Origin: Oikopleura dioica
Lineage: Eukaryota; Animalia; Chordata
DNA: 64,000 nucleotides
Reading direction: 5' to 3'
Assembly: GCA_907165135.1 (NCBI GenBank)
Contig: OU015567.1
Coordinates: forward strand, 6,076,001 to 6,140,000
Position numbers and translations under genes: made by a program. Below the pieces are notes generated by a model, which was not told the origin of the DNA, made no database searches, and worked only from the letters and a program-made list of their open reading frames with translations. Positions within the stretch are counted from its first letter, which is position 1. Each line of letters starts with the position of its first letter. Shown here piece by piece: positions 24,401 to 36,400 of the stretch.

Positions 24401-27400
24401 GACATACTAAATGCTGAAATATGTGTTGGAACGCTATCTCTCTGCGTTTTCTTCTTTTTGACAATTTTGACCAAAGATGTGGGTCCTTCAGCACTGATGA
24501 TTTCATTTTTTTCGAGCAAAGGCGATCTGATGTAGCGGTATAAATCAGCATCATCGATGTATTTTGTTTCCCTGTATTTAGAAACATTCTTGCCAAACAA
24601 ACCAGTGACAATATTAAGTACCAGCTTTGAAAGTTTTTCGCCAACTTTGTTCTCGGCAATATGATACCGGATTCGATCAGCGACCAGTCTATCGACGAAA
24701 GGAGCCATCGGTTTTTCCTTATTGTACATAAGAAGATAATGAACCTTCTAAAAGCGACATGATTAAGTTTTAAAAATCTTTTAGCGAACCTTAATAATAT
24801 ATCCCATATCCAAATAAAAATACAGTAGAGGAGTGATTAGAAGCATTTTTTCTCCGCCAGAATTATATATCAATGTGTTCTGGCTCACAGGCATCTCAAG
24901 ATTTCCGATTTTTTGATTTTCAGATAGCATATTTCTTTCTATCTTTGTTTTCTTAAAAATCATAGGAAATTTCAGATCTCCATATCGATTATAAACAGCT
25001 TTACTTGGCTCAATTTCCACCATTGCGAATCCAAAAACTTTTCGTTCTATCAGAGCATCGATTAGATCTTTTTCTCTTAGTTTCTTATCGTGGAAAAGAA
25101 AAGGACACCAATCTGGAGCCCAATTTTCTCTGGCATTACGAGCGAACTCTTCATCGGCCATGTTTCTTTTCATAAATTTGTCGAAGTGACATTCTCGCTT
25201 TATTTTAAGGATGTCGATTTTCTTCTCTATGAATTTCTTTCTTTCCTTGTCTCGTTCTTCGTCAGCGTCCTCATTTGTTTGGATTTTACATGAACGACAT
25301 TTATGCCAATAGCAGCCGTAAAACTCAACTCCCCATCTGATATTGTCTTTCTCATAATATCCATCAAGAGAATACTTCCCAATTTTCTTTTCGCCTATGT
25401 GATATGCATGTTGGATATCCACACCAGATTGATGTCGCAGATATTCTAGATACTGCAAGCTTTTGAGGGAGATTGATTCCTTGCCCTCATAGAGCAGATT
25501 CAACTTGAAATATCCAACATCACCAGCACGAGTAGCGTCACCGATATCCCCGGGATATACAGCGATTCCAGGACCACATGGCAGAGAATCCTGTAGAGTA
25601 AAAGGATACAAACTATTTGCATCAAGCTGTTTAATCATTTTGAAGAGTTCGCCATTGTCAGCATATCGGGCGGCATGTGGAAGAGGCCCATCTGGTTGGT
25701 TCAATTCGATCAGTCGGTGAAACACGTGCGTCATTCCTCCTGTCAAGGCTTCACGGATGTCCTTTCTCAATTCAGCATCAGTGATCGAGTAGATGGGTGT
25801 CGCACGCGCGTATTTACCAAACGCAATCTTTTCAGCAACTTGCGCCAATGAGATATATTGATGGATATTCACATTAAATTTTTCGGCAAACTGGTTACTG
25901 TATTCTACAATGCCTTGGCTTAGCATGTCTGTGTCGATGAGATTATAGACACGCAGCCAATCGAGCATCGTTTCACATTTTTCTTCTTCGAATAAGTCCT
26001 TTGAAGCCAAGTATTTATCAAGAGAGATATTGAAGAATTTTTTGGAGTCTTCGTTGATTACAAAGCAGCGAAGAGAGTTTTCCGCAAAGTATTTGATTTC
26101 ATCAGTTTGAATTTCCCATTTTTTTGCGAGGAGCTCGATATTCTCATCTGTGTTTTCGTAGCAACACTCAAAACTATCTGCTAGACTGTTGAGTTTTTCT
26201 ACAGGGACATCAATTTCAGCAGCAAGATCATCAATCGTCCAGCAGTGTTCAATAAGAAATTTGTTGACCAGGTGAACTTCTTTCTCGACAGGAATGTAGA
26301 AAGAGCTATAAAAGTCGGAGTACGGTGGAAATCCTTTGTAACTGATGAGCTCGTCAGTGTCTTTGAAACGTTCGTATGGGTAAACGGCTTTTGCTATCTG
26401 CAATCCAAGCGATTGAACAAACTATTGAACAAAAATTAAGAGAGGATTTTCAATCTGCCCTTTTACCTTTTCCAGAGACGTCCCTCTTTCAACGAGATTC
26501 ATCATGTCCTTGAATTTGATATTGCCATAGGAAGCAAGCATTGTTCCGGCGCCTCTTTGGATCATATTCATCTTTGGCTCAAAACGAGTATCCTTGTCTC
26601 GCTTTGTGACTAGTAAGTGGGGATGTCTACGACGAACAACTTCAGTCAGAGCATTGATTATAACAGTCAAGTCGAAGCGTTCGCTATTCCAGCCGTAAAC
26701 ATTGAGAGAATAGAAATCGTCAAGATACTTGAGCCGATCGCAGAGTTCTGCTTGCTTTTCAACTGGAAAATTGTGAAATTTCTCACTATTCTTCAATCGG
26801 ATCAAGCGCCATTTTTCATTATCGATCTTTTTCGAAAGAGTCCTATTAAATTCTTCCTGAATATCACATAAGTCCACGTAAAATTCATCAAGCAAGGAGA
26901 AAAGAGATTCTTGACTTGTCCCTCGGCGCCATAGAAATTTCTTTGTGTACTCGTCTCCGGCTGGGTTGTACGCATGCCATGCAATAGAGATCAGCTTATA
27001 CGCAGACAATTCCTCAGTCGTGGAACTTATGTTCTTCTCTTTTTCGGACCTTGGGACAGAAGCAGTTTCAATGTCAAAAGCCACAAAGCTTTGATGAAAC
27101 TCATTTGTACGCAAAATCTTGTCGTAAATCAGATCGTAACGAGTGTGATCAGTAAACATTCCATATTTCTTCTGTTTATGTGAGAAAGTTGTTCTGTCAG
27201 TGCATGTTTCCAGATGTTTCGAAAACTTTGCACGATCTGAGCAGCTGAAGGAGCAATTAGGCGTTGGACAGAGGTCAAAATTGATTTGCTCGGGCAGAAG
27301 CTTAAAGAATGTACTATCCGAGAATGTTTTCGTCTGATCATCCTTCGAAAGCTCCAGTTGAAGTATTTTTCCAGAGCCACAATAAAAATCTAGCTGTCTG

Positions 27401-30400
27401 GAAACTCTGTCAGCACCAGGCCTTGACAGTCTGCGCCAAAGAACAAGTTTGACATTAAACAACCTCGAGAAATTCTTGTAATTGGAGACTGTGATATCAC
27501 TCGTTTGTGCGAAGTCGATCCATTTCTGTCGTATTTCGGCTGCTTTTTTGAAAAACAACCTCGGGCACTTGTATAAATCCTTGTTTTTCACTTTCGCAAC
27601 GGCTTCGAAGATGGTCAGCTCAAGAGTATTTATCCGGTCAATTCCATGGTTGATAAATCCATCGTCAAGAAGCTTAAGCTGATTGAATCCATTAAAACGC
27701 TGGTCTTTGAAGAAAAACGTCAGACCGACACTGCCTGGACCCGGATGCTGCGTTTTATAAAAAAGACTATCGCCGCCATTCGCTGTTTTCTGATAGATTG
27801 TGAAATGGACATTAAAGTCGCTTTCCAGTGCTTTTCGAAATTTCAAAACTTATCGTTTAATGCCATTTATTATTAAAATTTTGAATATTTTCCTGATAAA
27901 CATGGGATTTTAAAAAGTCCGTATTTCTTCTGAAAGTCGATAAATTTGGAGTAATCAGCACGACAGGGATTTTTTGCACGTTTCGGATCTATGAGAGTCT
28001 TCAGTTTCTCTAATCGACGCTTGTCAGGTTTTTTCTTCTCCTGATTAAGAAGAACTCCAAGATAAGTAAGATTGTAAAATTGGTTGTTATCTTCTTTCAA
28101 ATGTAAAAATCTCATTTTTATCGGAAAATCATACTTTCCTGTTTTATGTATGAAAAAATTGACAGCGGAAATTCACCATACATGCGAAATTTCGCACGTG
28201 CACATGAGAAGACAAATAGTTATTTAAAAAATTCTGTTTCGAGGAGTTCTACGCCGTCCTTTCAACAAGCTGTCAAAGTAAAATCAAGAACTCCCGATTA
28301 CAGGATTTTTTTCAACTAAATAAGAGTCAGAATTCCAGAATGAGCGGAAAATTCAAAGAGTCAGAGATTGATTTCTTTCGGGAGTTAACAAAAGAAAAAT
28401 TGAATATAAATGAACTTCTTACAGAAGAAGAATATAAAGTGATGAATGATCACCAGGAAAGAAAGCAGATTTTAGATTTTATCGATAAAGGAAGTTGTCT
28501 GTATTTCTGTTAAGCTCTCTGGCTTTAGTAGACTTGCGAATAACTTGGAGTACTATCTTCAGTACAAGTTTCGACTATCTCATAAATCCCTCAAAGTTAA
28601 GGGAATGCCGAAAACCTATATCGATCGATGTATTCTGTCAATTCCATACGTCAACAATAACAAACTGAGCGAAGTGACTCGTATGATTACCGAAAATTTG
28701 TTTTTTCCTTACCAAATCGGTGTTGATGCATGGTTCATGAGCGCGTCGCAGAAGATGATCGGTTTGCTAACTGTTTCTCAAGTTTTAATAGCCGATGAAT
28801 AAACTTAAGATGGAAAAATTCAAGAAGACCTGAGGCTGTACTACTCGGGCTCTTCAACATGGATCAATGACACAAGAAAGGGTTATTAATTTTGTAGAAA
28901 AATCTTTGAACGCTCTTTAAAAACCTCATTGAAGAAAAATAAAAAATGATGAAGATGTTACTCAACTTCTCTCAGAGACCAAAGATGAGACATTAGAGTA
29001 AGTGTTTCTTCAAACTTTAGTTATAAGAATTATATTTTACAGAGAACGCCTTTTGGCAAGTCACGAGTTTGACAGGACTAACTTTCATCATTCGGGTGTG
29101 AGCTTGCGCCAGGTGCTTTTGCTTCGATATGAAATCGAAAAAACATATGGTAAATTACTTTTAATTAAATGAAAAATAATATGATCCTATTAGTTTATCC
29201 GAGCAATAAACTTCAAATTCGCGAAGAAGACGAGCAAGAAGAGGCGCAAGAAAGGGCAAAGTCAAATATTAGTATTCCATGAGTAACTGTTTCTCACTTC
29301 TGATTTAACACGATCCGACGGATTTCATTCTTCTCAATAAACTAGAAAGAGCAATTTAAAATGTTCAGTTTTTCAAAAACCGATAAGTTTGACACTTTGG
29401 GATACGAGGACTGTAAAATCCAAGAAGCTGCTCCTTATTGCAACACTGATGATACTCTTGAATTTCACATTGTTCCGCAAAAGAGATATTTCAAGGCGTG
29501 TGATTCTCGGCTGCATTTTCATATTGAAATTCCTGAAAATCATGTATTGGACAATGACTTTTGTGCGAAGCTCTTCAAAGGGCTTCCTAAGATTGAAATC
29601 GCAGAAGACCCAATTACAAGCAAATCATGTGATTTAGACTCTGCGTTTTCTTCTCATTTCTTGAATAAGTCATTATTCGATCAAACAACAATCGACTCAA
29701 CTTTTCCGATTATGGGCGTCTATGATATTTTCGAAGCTGACCAAGACGACATCGGCAGAAGTATTATTGAGAATCGAAAAATGTATGCGAAGGAGTTTTT
29801 AAAAGAAATCGAATTCGAAGGAAAAACTTACAACACTAAATGGCTGAGATACGAATTCAAAATCCCAATAAATCATGGAATCGCTCGAGCACCAATTATT
29901 TTACCAGCTGGACTTGGAATCCATCTCTCGTTTGAGCGTGCTCCAGCAAAATTTTCGCTTTTAAAAAAGAAGAGTATGCTTGATGCGACTGACGATGTCG
30001 GTGATGTGGTTGAGATTGACTATGATTTTCCGGATCCAGTTGTTAAGCTCGTCAGGCCTGTTTTTAAAGCAATGTTTGTTTTCTCTGAATCATTGGAAAG
30101 GGAAATGAAAAAGTATGCGACTTCGAAATTCGAAACCACGTTCTTGGACTACTGTATAAGAAGACCTACCTTAGACAAAGGCGATACTGATTACACTGTT
30201 AATCTTACTAAAGGAGCGTTCCCGAAATACGCGGTTCTTTCTGTTACCAGTCTCAAACGCTCACATGGAGATTACAAGCAGTCACTGACAAAACTAGAAC
30301 GTGGAAACATAGAGCAAGTTGATGTTCTCGTTGATGGTTCGAGTCTCCCTGGTTACCCCCTTAAAACAGATATGGATTTTTACGAAAATTTCCTTATGAT

Positions 30401-33400
30401 GAGCGAACGATATCTCAATCCCTGGAGCTCCGGTGTTTTGCCACAACCACATTATCTCAAAACCAACTTCTTTGTTTTGATCAATTTTGAAATGCTCGGA
30501 AGACGCAATGCTGCTCAACTCGTGGTCAAAATAAAATTCACTCAGTCACTTGATGATAAACACCTTCTTCTGTTCATGCCTATAATTGAAAAAAAACTGA
30601 CAATTACTCCTGAAAATGATGTTACTGTAGAAGCTGTGTAATAAATCTGATTTAATCTCAACCGTAAAGATTGTTATAATTTTCATCCGACCATGAAATC
30701 TTATTTTGTTTCCCTTGCGACCTATTTGATCCGATCAAAAATACGGATTTTACGGCGTTCAAAGATATGATCTTATCTTTTGTCAGAAGATGTCTCAGTG
30801 AGTATGAAATTTTCTGATCTTGGCGTATATAACCGAGTAAGAGTCAATTTCTATTGTAAGATATTCTTATTTTTAAACAATGAAGATGACAACATGGAAG
30901 AAATAAGAGACGACGATTTTGAAAAAACCCACGAGAGTTTATTAACCTTAAAATGATTCATTATTCTTTAAAACTTTGTTATCCTTGAACAGCATTTATG
31001 CTCGTTTTAATTTTGTTACTGTTTCTTAAAATGATACCGTATTTTATCAGATACTCCTATTACCAAAACTAATTTTTTAACAAATTAAATCAAATAATAC
31101 ATATTTCTAAAATGATCTGATCGGTGAGATTTCAGACAGGACAATGAGATCGTAGGGTATAATCGGAACCGGTGTGTTTGACATCAGAAATCGAATTAAG
31201 GTATGTTATGCAAGGAAAATATATTTAACTCTATTCAGGATCCGGAATCCATTATTGCGAAGAAACGAGTGGAACTTTTTTGACCAAACTATAGGTCCCA
31301 GGTTTGATCCTTTTTGTAAAATTTTTTTTTCAATATTCTCTTAGAGTTCTTCTCTGACGAATATTCTTTCGCCATCGAGTTTTGCTGCAAGGAGTATCTG
31401 ATAAAAATCCGAAAAAGCAAAATCAAGATGCTCCTGTTGTTCCAAAGGTATTTTTGTCCTTCAGAGTTTTTCTCACGCGAATATTTTTTCGCCTTCGAGT
31501 TTTGATGCAAGGAGTATGTGATAAAAACCCAAATCAGCATAAGCACGATGTTCATGCTGCTCTAAAGGTATTTTTGTCTTTCAGAGTTTTTCTCACGCGA
31601 ATTTTTTCGCCTTCGAGTTTTGCTGCAAGGAGCATCTGATAAAAATCCGAACCAGCAGAAACAAACATGAACTATATCAGGAAATTAAGAAGAAAACAAG
31701 AGATATTCAGGCTGTTCCTTGATAGCAAAGTATTAAAGAAGGTATTTTAGTCTCGAAAATCACTTACAAAACTTTAAAATCAATTTTTGAAGGCTTTAAA
31801 TCCTGTTCAGCTGCTAAATCAAAATGAAAATGACAAAAAGAAAAGTAAGTGATATTAAGGCTGTTCTTGGATAGCGAAATATTGAAGAAGGAATGAATTC
31901 AGATCAAATGCGATGTCTGCTCACAGTCAGCACCACTACGCAGGCTGTTCTGGGATATCAAAGTATTGAAGAAGAAGTAAGTCTCAAAAATCACCTTCGA
32001 AAAATCAAAATTTTTTTTAGGCTTAAAATTTCGTTCAACCAATATTTGCAACCTTAGTTCTTGGAGAGCAAAGTATTAAAGGAAGCTTAAATCTCGGTCA
32101 AGAGCTTTGCACCAAACAACTACCAAGCCGCACAAAAAAACAAATAAATTCTGTATCTGCTTATCTGCAAACCAATAGAAATAAAATTATATTATTTTTT
32201 CAGTTTATTTTCGAAAAGAGTTTCTTAATTGTCGCAGTATTTTCAATTGCATTTTCTGTGAATAATTTCATAAAAGACAACAATGATTTCTCACATTCGA
32301 GTGACCAAAAAAGAAAAGTGATGGCAAAAAGACCACAGTTAGAATGAGTTCTCATTTGAATTTTCGGGGAAGTGATGAGAGTTCGATCACCCATCTCAGT
32401 TTTGAGAAATAGGTGGAGATTTTCGTATGCACTATTTTTTATGTAGCCGAGAGGGTCCATTATTTCGATAACATCATTTTTTACTATAAGACTTATCCAA
32501 TGCGTTCCATTTGTATGAATTAGAAAGCCAACAGGAAAAGAAAGAATTGTGAATTTGATTAAATCGTCAGCAAAGAAAATTCCCCCAAAATTCGCGAGAC
32601 CGTGCAAAAGCTCTTCAGCGCTAAATAAATTAAAGAATCAGCGATTAACTTATTTCAGACCTTTCGGCGTCCATTTGATCTTCTCTTCTTTCCTGATTTC
32701 TTTTTTGATTTCCTTTTTTTTCCGGCGCCTCTGATCCTCTTTGGGACAAATCGAATTTTACGGCTAAGCTTATTTTTATCAATAAATTTTTATTTCCCCT
32801 TACCAGAGCCCTTTCTTTGGCATCTCTTCAGTCAATTTTTATGAATAATGAGAGAAACAAATTTAAAATCTAACACGTTCGAATATTTACACTGGGTAAA
32901 TTTACAAATCATCGAGAATGATCTGAATATGATCACTCATCGATCTTTAGAACAAGCGAAATGTAGGTCACATGACTCGGTAGCCTAGAATATTATTTTA
33001 AAAAGAATTTATTTTAAAAAATATCACCTGAGCGAGACATAAAATTCTCCTCCGCTTATCATATCCCACTGCTCAGCTCCTGATGGCGAGTCAAATTGAA
33101 CCCCGTTTGGAATCGTTAGAAGTATTTTATCCGGATTAAAAACCGATGGATTGATCAGATTGCACCGAATGTCCATAAAATCAAGCTGATCGTCATTTGA
33201 TCGGCAGCAGTAGCTCATAACTGATACATAAGATCCCTGGAGAGGATGTCTGAACCACCATTTAATCATCTTCTCTCCGGGTAAATTTGTAATATCTGCC
33301 GAGTCAGAATTTAAACGGATCAGTCGCATTCTTAAAAAAACCATCTTCAACTATCTTTCATGAGGGTCTTTTTCGGAGAACAAGATTCAGTTCATTCTCA

Positions 33401-36400
33401 TAAAGAGGTCGCAAAAGTTTTCCACGAGGTCCTTCGACACGATAGTAACAAATGTCGCCTGATTTTTGCACTTTCCAAATCGTGTAGAGGTCTTTTGTCC
33501 ATTTCATCATGTAGCCTTTCTCAAATGTTGCTTTTCGCTTTGCTTTTGGACTCGCAATAATAATTGGAATTCGCACCTTATCGCCAACTCCAAACTTACA
33601 GATCAAGTTTTTAGTTTCTGCATTTGGAAATTTTTTATGGTAAAATTCACGAAAATTGTCGATAGTTATATCTATTGGGGCAATCCCAAGCCGGCTATGC
33701 TTCCGTTTGTTTATGTTATCGCTTAATTGAAGATAGACATTTATCCAAGTTTTAGTTCTATTTTCGTCCATAAACTGTTGGATCATTTTTTTAAAAGTTC
33801 GGCTATATAATAAAGATCTATTAACGAAAAAATATTGATATTACATGAAGCGCTCAGCCATCGTAGCTTTGTGAGGTCCTCCGAGCTTGTATTGGACCAT
33901 TCCAAATTGTTCAACGAGAACTTTATTAATGAATCCTTAAAAAATCAACTTATAATCGATACTAGAGAAGTTGACGCTTGCCTTCGACACGCGGCGCGTA
34001 TTCTTTTCCACCATCGCTCGAAAAAGTCGAAGGTATATGCTCCATCGACTCAATTATTTCTTTCAATGAGGCCGCAGTTTCCTCAGAAGTAAGTGTTTTC
34101 TGAGCTTTTACCCAGTTTCTACTGCTATAAACATCAATCACGACTAAAATGTATTTATATCCGCGATTTTGACGACCATACATACTGTAATCACTAAAAC
34201 AATTTTTTTTTTCAGTTTTTATTGAGAAATTTGCTTACATAGTATCAGATTGAATTTGAGTATAAGGGCCATAAACAACTGTTCGTCTACGCTTAAATTT
34301 TCTAATGATACGCCGATGTCGAGATAGAGTTTCTTTTTCACGCAAATAACGCTGTAGATCAGTTGAATAAGCAGTGATCTGTTTCGGATCAATGTAAAGC
34401 TGGTCAAGTTTAATCTTCTTCTGAGGAGGAGTTTGATCCGGAGCTTGCGCTGCCACTGTCGGAGCCGCTGCTGTCGCTCTCGCTGTCTGATCTTCCACTT
34501 GATCCGGAATCCGAATATCGGGCTCCTGAGGTGGTTCCACCTGATTCAAATTGTTTTCGACTTGCCGGGCTGTTTGGAGGGGCGATTTGTCCGATTTTCT
34601 CTTCCTTGTTGTCATCGCATGTGAGTTTTTGCTTCTTTTTGCTTTCTGGATCATCTGGATACCCGTCCTCGTCCGACCTCTTTGCGAGCGGTCGTTTCCA
34701 CGCGCTACTCGAGGAGCTTCCTTCTCCAAGGCGTTGTTCTCGTCTTCGTCCCGCTTTTTTGAGTAGTTTCGAAGCTTTATGACTTTTCTTGTCATTGTTT
34801 CCGAAGTACCCTTGGACATTTAGTTTTTTTTCAAGTTTTCCTTAAAGTCATACATTTATCTAAAGTTTATATCTAACCTACCAGTAAATATTCCTTCTTC
34901 AGTCTTGTAGACCTTGCAATGGCGTTTTATCTCAGCGAGTGGAAAAATAACACTTCGTGGCATAATTCTGAATGAGTTATGCCGAGGCAATCCGATGAAT
35001 TCATGAAGTTATTTTTTCACGCCTTTTTATTTACACAAATCAGGATTAAATTCAGAATAGAGTTTTGAAATGCCACAATGGAATTCTTCGCGGAGCTTAC
35101 GGCAACTAGTTATTACCACAAGAACAGAAATTTCTTTTTGGACGGTCAGATAACAGAGATATTGAAACGTCCAAACGATTCCCTCCAAAACTACAAAGCT
35201 GGAGATAAAATTTCGATAAAATTCTCACCGGAAATTGCAGGAGAATTTTCTTGGCTCATTGGAAACAGAATTTGCTTTTTTAAAGCGGTTCGTGCGGAGC
35301 CGAAGAAATTCCCTAAAAACGGTGTTACTCACGAGCTTATCGTCACTGAAGCAAAAAAATGCGTTCTCTCTCTGGCAGAGTCATAGACGACATCAAATTT
35401 CACCACCCCGCATCTATTCAAGTCATCGGCGCAAGCGGGTAAAGTTCTTATCTTTTTTCGAGAATTAAAAATATTTTCAGAACTGGAAAAACAAAATTTG
35501 TTGAAAAGCTGATACGACATCAATTTTTTACAAAAAAAATCAGACATGTTTTTTATTTTGGAGCCATCAATAATTTACCGATCGATTGGGACAACAAGTT
35601 GCCTGATGATATAACTATAAAGTACCAAGAAGGGCTTCCTACAACTTCAGATTTCATAAATGTTCCGAAAAGAAGCGTCATCGTGATTGATGATCAGTTC
35701 AGTGACGCTGTTAATTCACCTGATATCAATAGAGCTTTTACTAACGACAGAAGAAAATTTGATTTTAATCTCATCTTGATTACTCAAAACCCATTTGAAA
35801 AAGGGAAATTTACGACTGGAAATCGGCGTAATACTGAGATCACTGTCTTGCTAAGAATGTACGCCGATCAAAGTCATTTCAAAGTCTTCGGCAAACAATA
35901 TGGCGTGGAGCGCGAGTTAGAAGAAGCTGTCAAGGACATGAAATCAAGACCTGAAGATGTGCATGCCCATATTGTTATAAATGGCAGTATAAAACTCAAA
36001 GATCAAAACTTAAGAGTCATGTCAAATATATTTGGTGATTCTCCTTATTTGCAACCCTCACTTCCGATCTGCTACACTCAAAAACATCATTGAAATAAAT
36101 CATCCTCTGTTTTTAACCTTGCTTTACTGTATTTATTTGATAAATCATTTTTTGATGAGCAGTTTTTTTCAAATTTAGGACGAATCTTCGGTATCCGATT
36201 CGTATCCTGGAAGGTAGACTGGACTTGGAATTTCTGCTTTGAGCCATCCTAATTCGGGGTCAGCGAGGAGGTCTGGGGTGATTGCAAGGTCTCCAAATTT
36301 TTCTAAATTGATTTTATAATAAGTTTCCAAGGATTTTTTTAACCGTCTACCTTGAATCGAAATCTGAGCCATTTCGAAGAACTCCTGCATCGCCCTACAG

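Noticed and set aside
31343-31680. CRISPR-like array (also 1-160)
   Set aside because: Units are tandem with homologous, not unique, spacers; eukaryotic context; no cas genes.
23658-36093. Endogenous giant virus (NCLDV) or adenovirus
   Set aside because: Protein-primed PolB with a retroviral-like integrase, AGTAGT TIRs and a 6-bp TSD is the Polinton combination; no NCLDV transcription or replication genes are seen.
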